64,000 nt of DNA, from assembly GCA_020632135.1 (NCBI GenBank), contig JACKGC010000001.1, positions 244,241 through 308,240 of the forward strand, given 5' to 3'. Below are positions 37,533-45,533 of the stretch, one piece after another; position 1 is the first letter of the stretch; each line of letters starts with the position of its first letter. Below the pieces are notes generated by a model. That model searched no databases and was not told the DNA's origin. It saw nothing but the letters and a program-made list of their open reading frames with translations. Both the position numbers and the translations under genes were made by a program. Source of the DNA: Candidatus Nomurabacteria bacterium (lineage in GTDB: Bacteria; Patescibacteriota; Minisyncoccia; Phycocordibacterales; UBA918).

Positions 37533-38097
37533 AGAAATACTGACCTTTGCTCGAACCCATTTCGAGAAAGGACAATGATCGCAACGCGCGGAGCGCGAGG
37601 TGATGCGGACGCGAAGCGTACGCATTGGAGTCCGTATGCGCCTCGGTCGCGCTCCGCTTCGCTACGCGCGAGCAACCCCAAAAATTTCCTTGCCATTTTT
37701 TGCGGCTCCTCCCCCGACCCCTCCGCCGAAAGGCGAAAAAGAAGAAAGGAAATTTTGGGTTGCGCCGTCGGGTACACATAATTATAAACTATGATGGTAT
37801 ATTCTACAATCGGTTATATTCTATTATTACGGTCATGGCAAACAAATACAGAATTAAATATCAAAAATTCATCCAACAGCTTCGCAAAGCTCGCCTTGAA
37901 GCTGGGTTTACTCAGGTTGATGTTGGCAAGAAGTTAAAGAAGCCACAGGCGTATGTGTCAAAGATTGAACGAGGCGAGCGTAGAGTTGATGTTGTTGAGC
38001 TAGAGGAGTTTGCGAAGCTATACAAAAAAAGACCTCGAATATTTTACAAAATAGCCCATTAATCAGTGTTGGCTGTGGATAACTATTTCTTAAATTT
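37528..38097 (+). repeat. 570-bp inverted repeat, left arm
   Basis: Reverse complement of 40713-41281. The only difference found by eye is A7 versus A6 at about 38025. Confidence 0.9.
37835..38062 (+). CDS. XRE-family HTH regulator (RM controller C-protein-like), copy 1, C-terminus altered by the A7 run
   Basis: MANKYRIKYQKFIQQLRKARLEAGFTQVDVGKKLKKPQAYVSKIERGERRVDVVELEEFAKLYKK, then a frameshifted tail relative to copy 2. Confidence 0.7.
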   Translation: MANKYRIKYQKFIQQLRKARLEAGFTQVDVGKKLKKPQAYVSKIERGERRVDVVELEEFAKLYKKRPRIFYKIAH

Positions 38098-38208
38098 TTT
38101 CATATGCCAAATAAGCTAGAAGAATCTCTCATATTTTGGGAACTTTCAAAATTAATTTTATGTGCTAGAGAGCTTTTCTTTTAGGTCGAGAAATGTTCTA
38201 ATTTAGAT

Positions 38209-40714
38209 ATGAAAGACGGATACATAAAAGATTATTCAACAGATAAGCTGGTCGATCTCCGAAAGCCGGAGGAGATTGTTCGGCAGAATTACGAAAAGGA
38301 GTTGCATGAAGACTACGAATATGCCAAGGAGCAAATGGATATTGAAGTCCCCATACAACGCGGCGAAAAAAACTCAGCCAAAAACAAAAAACGAGCGCGC
38401 TGACATTGTTGTGTACGAAACCACAGACAAAAACAAAAAGAAGTCAGTCGGCTGACATATTGGGTATTGTAGAAACCAAGCGCCCCACTCGAAAAGAAGG
38501 AATCAAGCAATTGATGAGCTACATGACTGCAAGCTCTGCACTTTGGGGAGTTTGGACTAATGGAACTGATATTGAATATCTATTCCGCGACCCCAAAGTG
38601 GCAAAATCAAACAGGATTATATTTTTTCAAATTCCTAAGAATGGAGAAACGTTTGAAGATATTGGGCGAATCTCTAAGAAGAACCTGCAACCTGCCAAGA
38701 GTTTGAAGTCAGTATTCCACCGATTGCTAAATATCTTGTACGCAAATACAAACATCAGCCGTAAAGAAAAACTTGGGGCAGAGATGATTCGTCTCATTTT
38801 CTGTAAAATCATTGACGAGAAATACGACCAAGAAGCTCTGCCGAAGTTTAGGGTTGGTTTTGAAGAAAACCCGAAAGACGTTGCAAAGCGCATCAAAGAA
38901 TTGTTCCAACAAGCAAAAGACGAATTTGGGCATGACGGGGTGTTTGAAAAGAACGAAGAAATTACTCTCGATCCAAAGTCGATTGCTCTTGTAGTCGGGC
39001 AGCTCGAAAAATATAGCCTAATGAAAACTGAAAAAGACGTCGTTGGTGACGCTTTTGAGGTTTTGCTGAAAGCAAACTTGTTGGAGAGAAAGGAGAGTTT
39101 TTACACCAAGGAAATTGTGAAAATGGCAGTAAAGGTTATTGACCCAAAGCCAGAAGAAACAATAGTTGACCCTGCTTGTGGTAGTGGTGGTTTCTTAATT
39201 TTGCACTCGAACATGTTTGGTCTGAAATGAAAAAACAAACCAAATACAGAGGAATGACTGAATCGCAGTTTGATATTGCCAAGAAAAACATGGCAGAGCG
39301 TTGTGTCTTTGGAATTGATAAGGAAAGCGACTTGGTAAAATTGCCAAAGCGTATATGGCGATAATTGGAGACGGTAAAAGTGGTCTGGTCTCAGATAACA
39401 CACTGCACTTACCTGAGGATTACAATCAGAAAGCAAAGGAGCTCTTCGTCGAAGACGAAGAGACAAACACCCTAAAAAGTTTGACATCGTTCTAACCAAT
39501 CCTCCGTTTGGAAGCAAAATTAAGGTTGTAAAAGAAGACTCAAAGCAATTTGATTTAGGACACACTTGGAAAAAGAGGGTGATACTTTTGTAAAACGGAT
39601 AAAGTAAAACCAACCGAACCGCAGGTTCTGTTTGTAGAAGCGTTGTTTAGAAATGTTGAAAGACGGAGGTAAGCTCGCATTGGTATTGCCTGAGACATAT
39701 TTTCATGCACCGTCAGTAAGATACGTGCTTGATTACTTAATCAAAGGAACAATATAACTTCAATTATCGACCTGCCTCATAACACGTTTCGTCCGTATTG
39801 TAATGCAAAAACACTTCTTATTACTCTTGAAAAAGGCGTGCCACAGCAGGAAGAAATTACTATGGCGGTGTGTGAAGAAATGGGACACGACCATAATGGA
39901 CAGCCAATTTATCGTTACGACGAAGATAAAATGAGTTTACTGATGAGATATGGAATGATAGCGATAATATTTTGAAAGAGCTAGACAATCCGTCCGATCC
40001 AAACAATGAGTACGTGTTCAAAGTGAACGTAAACGACATACAAGGAAGTGTTTATGTTCCAAGATATTATTGGAAAAAGCGTATTTCTGACGTAGAAAAG
40101 GAAGCCAAAAAGAGGGTTTGAATTAGTGCCCGTAAAAAATTGATACAAGAAGGAGTCATCAAAAGCTTCTCGGGACATGGTTCTCCAAAATCTCATTTCA
40201 AGGGCGTGGCGAAGTGCCGTATATCCGCGTAGCTGATATCGTAAACTGGGCAGTCTACAAAAACCCGACTGCGTTCATTCCAGAATTTGAATATGAGCGC
40301 GTTAAAGGTAACCAGTTTGATTTGCAAGAAAAGGATGTGCTTTTGTAAGACGTGGTAGTTACCGTATAGGTAGTGTCGCAATCGTCTCAGAATTTGATAC
40401 GGATGTTCTTTTAACAAAGAGATACAAACTTTCCGTGTCGTTGATGAGGATAATAAATACGGCATTGATGCGTTCTATTTGCTTTATTTATTCTCACACA
40501 TTCTTACTCAAAAGCAGTTGTACGGAAAGATTTTGATTGATACGACATTGCCAAATATTGGTGACCGTTGGAAAGAGCTCAAACTACCTATTGCAAAAGA
40601 TCCAAAAAGGTTGAACAGATGAAAACTCAACTGCGAAATGTGTTTGAGAAAAAATGGGAAGGTCAAAAAGGAATTGAGGCACTAACTAAAGAATACGGAA
40701 GATTCACTACTTAA
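38209..40714 (+). pseudogene. Type IIG-like restriction-modification fusion (PD-(D/E)XK HsdR_N-like nuclease + N6-adenine methylase + TRD), many frameshifts and stops
   Basis: Fragments: ADIVVYE...GIVETKRP; methylase motif I DPACGSGGFLI; motif IV DIVLTNPPFGSKI; HsdS-like TRD (VPYIRVADIVNW...RRGSYRIGSVAIV). At least 10 frame breaks. About 38% GC. Confidence 0.75.
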
Positions 40715-41281
40715 ATTTAAGAAATAGTTATCCACAGCCAACACTGATTAATGGGCTATTTTGTAAAATATTCGAGGTCTTTTTTGTATAGCTTCGCAAA
40801 CTCCTCTAGCTCAACAACATCAACTCTACGCTCGCCTCGTTCAATCTTTGACACATACGCCTGTGGCTTCTTTAACTTCTTGCCAACATCAACCTGAGTA
40901 AACCCAGCTTCAAGGCGAGCTTTGCGAAGCTGTTGGATGAATTTTTGATATTTAATTCTGTATTTGTTTGCCATGACCGTAATAATAGAATATAACCGAT
41001 TGTAGAATATACCATCATAGTTTATAATTATGTGTACCCGACGGCGCAACCCAAAATTTCCTTTCTTCTTTTTCGCCTTTCGGCGGAGGGGTCGGGGGAG
41101 GAGCCGCAAAAAATGGCAAGGAAATTTTTGGGGTTGCTCGCGCGTAGCGAAGCGGAGCGCGACCGAGGCGCATACGGACTCCAATGCGTACGCTTCGCGT
41201 CCGCATCACCTCGCGCTCCGCGCGTTGCGATCATTGTCCTTTCTCGAAATGGGTTCGAGCAAAGGTCAGTATTTCTGCACA
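40713..41281 (-). repeat. 569-bp inverted repeat, right arm
   Basis: Pairs with 37528-38097 and ends in GCACA at the island edge. Confidence 0.9.
40756..40974 (-). CDS. XRE-family HTH regulator (C-protein-like), copy 2 (72 aa, probably the intact version)
   Basis: Same sequence as copy 1 up to ...EFAKLYKK, then DLEYFTK. Confidence 0.75.
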   Translation of the reverse strand: MANKYRIKYQKFIQQLRKARLEAGFTQVDVGKKLKKPQAYVSKIERGERRVDVVELEEFAKLYKKDLEYFTK

Positions 41282-41502
41282 GCCAACATGAAAAGTCGTC
41301 CCGAAAGGGATGGCTTTTCTGTTGCTGCGGTGCGGAGTGAAGAAAGTGCCTTGAGGCACTTTCGTGAGGAATCGAACGCCGGAATGATGTGAGGAGTTTA
41401 CGACGAACGAATGAGGCGTGTCCCGCGGCACCTGCTAATTTATGAGGTACGAAATAAATTAGGTTGGTGACCGTCAGGACGATTCCTCTCACCCGCACAA
41501 AA
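41282..41502 (+). other. tRNA-linked element A: terminator hairpin + hairpin + 63-nt conserved core + hairpin + copy of the tRNA-Gly(UCC) 3' 18 nt
   Basis: cgattcctctcacccgca(caaaa) at 41480-41502 duplicates 35835-35857. Core 41369-41431 is 55/63 identical to 54465-54527. Confidence 0.6.
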
Positions 41503-41731
41503 CGTTAAGAAGAACAGTCCCTGCGGACTGTTTTTTAGTTTTGTGAAGCGGAGCCATGTTTTCTGCGCCTTTCCTAGCGCAGAAAACAGGCGAGCTGGGG
41601 CAGCAGGTACTTAGTGCTCACAGCTAGCGAAGCTAGTGAAAACACTTAGTAACCTGCGCCTGACATGGCCTTATCTAACCGCGAACAAAATAGTGATGCG
41701 AAGGTGACCGATTCCTCTCACCCGCACAAAA
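41503..41731 (+). other. tRNA-linked element E: second tandem unit ending in another copy of the tRNA-Gly(UCC) 3' end
   Basis: Terminator at 41508-41536. Hairpin 41558-41587 with loop ctttccta. cgattcctctcacccgca(caaaa) at 41709-41731. Confidence 0.55.
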
Positions 41732-41753
41732 GAAAGACCAGCTTACGCTGGCC

Positions 41754-42065
41754 TCAATCATCATCAAAGAGCTCCTTAAAGTACGCTTCTTCATTGGCAA
41801 TGGGCAGCCGCGGACCGGCCTGGGTCAGCAGGTGGTCTTGGTATCCTTCACAAACGTGAATGGCCTCAATTCCCGTTGCAACGTCACATGTTTGGTCCTC
41901 TCGAAGGCTACTACAGCAAGTGCACGTCGCTCCGAGAAAGACACGGTAGCTCTCAGCCCAGTGAGCACCAGCACACCTTCCACCGCCAATGCGATGCGAA
42001 AAGTCATACGCTCGGCACCAACAGGTGACTTGTGGCAGCCGCTTTCGTTTTCGTTTCTTGGTCAT
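41754..42065 (-). CDS. Small Cys-rich basic protein, function unknown
   Basis: RBS gagggg before MTKKRKRKRLPQVTCWCRAYDFSHRIGGGRCAG...CTCCSS...C...C. 103 aa. Confidence 0.45.
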   Translation of the reverse strand: MTKKRKRKRLPQVTCWCRAYDFSHRIGGGRCAGAHWAESYRVFLGATCTCCSSLREDQTCDVATGIEAIHVCEGYQDHLLTQAGPRLPIANEEAYFKELFDDD

Positions 42066-42199
42066 TTTAAGACCCCTCAATCTTTTGTCCGTGATGAGAG
42101 TATCAATGGGGCGCGGTGGTGTCAAATGAGCCTGGTCGGTGAAGTAGCATAAAAATTCAGCCCGGCACACTTCGTGTGCCGGGCATTCTGCCATTCAGA

Positions 42200-42385
42200 T
42201 CAGCTGCGTTTTTTCTGCTCCTGCTGCTGTCTCTGTTGCAGTTGCTGGAACTGCTGTAAGTTGTGCGAGGTCACCCGACAGAGTGACGCCGGGGTACCAA
42301 AGAGCAACTCAGCCCAGTACCGTTGCCAAACCTGCGGTGAGAACAATTCGTACATCATGTCCTTCTCCTCGAGATTGAGTGACAT
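42200..42385 (-). CDS. Hypothetical Gln-rich small protein
   Basis: 61-aa ORF with no clear RBS. Confidence 0.25.
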   Translation of the reverse strand: MSLNLEEKDMMYELFSPQVWQRYWAELLFGTPASLCRVTSHNLQQFQQLQQRQQQEQKKRS

Positions 42386-42415
42386 CGGAAATTATACAAC
42401 TATCTTACTATTTGT

Positions 42416-44251
42416 CTAGCTTTCTGGGGACTGCAAGAAACTGAACTTACTCCACTCGATACTCTCCACGAAGGTTGCTTCATTACTCTGGTACGCTTGG
42501 CCGGTATTCTCATCGCTACGTAGAAAATACACAAACTGAAGTTGTTGCACTGCAGTGCCGCGCTCAGTCACATATTTAGTAGCTATATCAAACGGTGACA
42601 CGATCGGCCGGCCATTGACGAGTGAGGTCTCCAGGTGAAGACCAGCCTTTTCTGGCAATCGTTCGTAGTACGCGTCGTACACAAGCTCAGAGCAGACCAT
42701 TGCATCGCGCGTATTGAAGTCAAAGTTGAAATCGTAGGGTTTGCCGGTATTGGCAAAAGCTCTCATAAGAGCGAGCATTTTGTCGCGCTTGGTGAGTTCT
42801 GGGCGGAGCACCACCACGAAGTCGGCGTCGGCTGACACCGGCAGCGTTTGCGCGACCACACCTGGCTCGATAGCTTCGATCACCGCTGGCATATCACCCG
42901 AATCATCTAGCACCTCATACGCCGCAAACGCTGCTGGTGTCTTAGCTGCCATGTACGCAGACATACTCTCGTAGCTTTCATACGGAAACTCGCTCGCAAA
43001 GTACGCATCCATCTCTTCGAGCGTGCCGGTGTAGAGCGCCGAGTGGGTCCAGAAGCCAGGGATACCCACGTTGCTCACGTGCCAGTTACGCCGCTGGAGC
43101 ATGATGTCGCCCGGGATCATCGCTTCCCCCATCGTGCGCGCCTGCGCTTCGGTGATGAGCCCTTCCTTGCCGCGGGTAGAAATGATCGCACGACCCATTG
43201 CCGTCGCGACACCCTTTTGGATCGGGAACCACGCCTCAAACATTCGCTGCTCAGCGGTGTTGGCCAAAGCTTCTGGGGCGCGCAACACTGTCGTTCCCGC
43301 GCCAGCTCGCAAGTACCGGTAACTCCCTACTGCCTTATCGCGCAAGAGTGTAAATGACACGTCCGCCCGTGGCCGGTTGCCAACAAAAAGCCATTGGTAT
43401 ACGTACCCGCCCGTGAGGCGCACGCGGGTTTTTGGCTCATAGAAGCGCCACACCATTTCATTGTAGACATTCGCGCGGCCGATCTCAGGGATGAATTCAT
43501 TCAAGGCGGTTTTCTTATGCTCACTCCCATCGACCGCAATCATGAGCCGATGCACCAGCTCGTATTTCTTCGCATAGAGGCTATTGGCGATCAAAAATGA
43601 CTGTAGACGTGTATCCTGGTATGCATATGAAATGGAAGCAAAGTATCGGTGGGTATCAGTTAACGATTCTGAGTATGCGACTGCATCTAGGAAATCAGTG
43701 AAAGCCGCGGTGATGGCCTCGGTTTGATTAGAGCCGCTCTCCTCCTTCGCGAGCACCGCTATGAGCTCATTACCACTACTCTCAAGATAATCCATCGCCG
43801 TGACCGAACGGTACAGATCGTCTCGCACCAGTTCTGCCACCGCCTCATCGCTCATCCCAGCAAAGGGCCGATCGTCCATCGGTCGCAGCCAGAAGAATAC
43901 CGCTACCGCAATGAGTATAAGTACAGCCATGAAGAGTCGGCGTCGCTCTTTCCTTACAAAACCACTCGTTAGCTTGTATGCATGGTACTCGCGCCAGGTG
44001 TCACGACTGAGGTAGACACGCCGCACAAATGGTATGTATGACAACACATACACCCCGACCCCAATTAACACATGAAACGGATACAGCAGCTGCGTGCCTA
44101 CAATGGCTAAACTGAAGAACGTGAGCCCAACGGAGAGCAAGCTCAATCTGATGAGCTGACGACGTCGTTTTTTAAATGACTCGAGCACTGCAGAGGATGC
44201 TTCTGTAGCACCTTGTACATAGTGTTCGTGTTGTGTAAACCAACCTTTCAT
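42416..44251 (-). CDS. Membrane protein with C-terminal permuted papain-like (YiiX/YaeF, C92-type) domain
   Basis: N-terminal TM helices. PGDIMLQRR...GFWTHSALYTG (His) precedes MVCSELVYDAY (Cys), the order expected for permuted NlpC/P60-like enzymes. Confidence 0.55.
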   Translation of the reverse strand: MKGWFTQHEHYVQGATEASSAVLESFKKRRRQLIRLSLLSVGLTFFSLAIVGTQLLYPFHVLIGVGVYVLSYIPFVRRVYLSRDTWREYHAYKLTSGFVRKERRRLFMAVLILIAVAVFFWLRPMDDRPFAGMSDEAVAELVRDDLYRSVTAMDYLESSGNELIAVLAKEESGSNQTEAITAAFTDFLDAVAYSESLTDTHRYFASISYAYQDTRLQSFLIANSLYAKKYELVHRLMIAVDGSEHKKTALNEFIPEIGRANVYNEMVWRFYEPKTRVRLTGGYVYQWLFVGNRPRADVSFTLLRDKAVGSYRYLRAGAGTTVLRAPEALANTAEQRMFEAWFPIQKGVATAMGRAIISTRGKEGLITEAQARTMGEAMIPGDIMLQRRNWHVSNVGIPGFWTHSALYTGTLEEMDAYFASEFPYESYESMSAYMAAKTPAAFAAYEVLDDSGDMPAVIEAIEPGVVAQTLPVSADADFVVVLRPELTKRDKMLALMRAFANTGKPYDFNFDFNTRDAMVCSELVYDAYYERLPEKAGLHLETSLVNGRPIVSPFDIATKYVTERGTAVQQLQFVYFLRSDENTGQAYQSNEATFVESIEWSKFSFLQSPES

Positions 44252-44257
44252 ATCAAT

Positions 44258-45169
44258 CTATTCAATATTTTGTATCTGCGTACGCATATCAGCGGTGTAC
44301 GTTGGACTGGTGACATCAAGCGCATCGTTATCAAGCAGGTGTGCTGCCTTCACCTCTGCAAAAGAGCCTGAGGTGTCAATCAGCCCAAGCTCGTAAAGGA
44401 TCTCATCGAAGTAACCCGGCAGGATCGTCTTCCAAGTGATCGGGAAATCAACATCCGAAATGTGCTCAACTGGCCGCGTCAGCTCGTTGGTACAATTGTG
44501 CGTAAGTGTGTTGTACATGCGCGGTTGCGCGTATACATCGTTTATATTGCTGGCTAATTCATTGAAAAGCTGCCGGGCTCGTTCTGGCGTAGCGGTAGTT
44601 GGATAGAGGTAGACGCGCTCATCGCGGTGGCCCGTACGCACACCCACGATGTCTTCCTCTGAACCAACGACGTAGATGATCTCAAACTGCCTCAATACTC
44701 CCAAGAGCGGCGAGAAAGACTCGTCTGATTCACGCCGGGTCTCAAGCGACACCACCACCCGCTCACCTTCCGCAAACCCGAAACTCAGGAAGATGTGCGC
44801 CAGCCCTTCAAAATCATCGAAGTGGGAAATAAACACGTCTACTCTCTCAAGTTGATCGAGATCGAAGGTACGTGTCTCGTACTGCGCGTTGGCAGTATTT
44901 ACATTGGTCCACTCGAAGTTGCGGTAGTTCTCGATGGTCACGAGCGAGCTCGTTGCAGAGTACACGATCTGTGGCAGCGCTTCGTGCCCAAGCTCCCAGT
45001 CGCGATCATGCGATGGTCGAAATACTACCCACAAAATAAGATACGTCAGCAACCACGCTCCCCAGAGCCACAGCAGTCCCCTGCCGATCTTTCGCCAAGT
45101 CATGACTACATTGTACTGCACGAGCACTCCTAGCAGTGGTGCTATATACAGAAAAAGGCCGGCGCGCAA
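44258..45169 (-). CDS. DUF4105-like membrane-anchored protein
   Basis: RPSHDRDWELGHEALP...VTIENYRNFEW...HIFLSFGF matches the DUF4105 pattern as remembered. The start may be the internal MTWRKIG. Confidence 0.5.
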   Translation of the reverse strand: MRAGLFLYIAPLLGVLVQYNVVMTWRKIGRGLLWLWGAWLLTYLILWVVFRPSHDRDWELGHEALPQIVYSATSSLVTIENYRNFEWTNVNTANAQYETRTFDLDQLERVDVFISHFDDFEGLAHIFLSFGFAEGERVVVSLETRRESDESFSPLLGVLRQFEIIYVVGSEEDIVGVRTGHRDERVYLYPTTATPERARQLFNELASNINDVYAQPRMYNTLTHNCTNELTRPVEHISDVDFPITWKTILPGYFDEILYELGLIDTSGSFAEVKAAHLLDNDALDVTSPTYTADMRTQIQNIE

Positions 45170-45211
45170 GCGCGCCGGCCAATGTATATCAACTGTGGGT
45201 CAGTCGATCAG

Positions 45212-45391
45212 TCAGTCCTGACCCAGGATGTATGCCCGATCAGCAAGCTCCTGGCTTGACAGCCCGAGAGCATCAATCGACTCAGAGTCGGTTGGGTTGT
45301 GTTTTTTCTGTGCGCTGCAGTGCAGGTCATAAACCTCCTTGCACTCAGCTACCACATCATTGGCTGGTTTTTCGGGATGTTCACCAAACAT
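45212..45391 (-). CDS. Hypothetical 59-aa protein (below the ORF-track cutoff)
   Basis: Strong RBS ggagaaggaaga directly before the ATG at 45391. MFGEHPEKPANDVVAECKEVYDLHCSAQKK... Confidence 0.35.
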   Translation of the reverse strand: MFGEHPEKPANDVVAECKEVYDLHCSAQKKHNPTDSESIDALGLSSQELADRAYILGQD

Positions 45392-45533
45392 CTTCCTTCT
45401 CCCCGTCGTAAATAACCATGATCACTGCCGTACGTGCGACATTACCGAGAATATAGCGTGAAACAGCCTTATTTATCAAGCTGTTTTTGCACCATTTTAT
45501 CACTCAAATGAGATTATACAACTTCTCTTCTTT

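Larger units (their letters stand above)
35855..41281. mobile_element. 5.4-kb integrated island at the tRNA-Gly(UCC) 3' end (serine recombinase + Type IIG-like RM remnant + duplicated C-protein genes)
   Basis: GCACA at both edges (35850-35854, 41277-41281). Lower-GC cargo, recombinase gene, nested inverted repeats. The native tRNA trailer and terminator resume at 41282. Confidence 0.7.

Noticed and set aside
37625-38062. 145-aa and 142-aa ORFs (MESVCASVALRF...) and overlapping ORFs in the inverted-repeat arms (also 40756-41184, 37495-37794, 41015-41392)
   Set aside because: Only the last ~72 codons (from MANKYRIKY) look like a real XRE HTH protein. The upstream part is translated GC-rich hairpin DNA, open in several frames on both strands.
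41282-41502. tmRNA, or a complete minus-strand tRNA, as an explanation for the tRNA-linked elements
   Set aside because: No tRNA-Ala-like G:U acceptor, no tag ORF, and no complete T-arm (only its 3' half is present). The ggaatcgaacgcc segment does not fold into a T-arm on the opposite strand. Five different instances mirror five different neighbouring tRNA ends.
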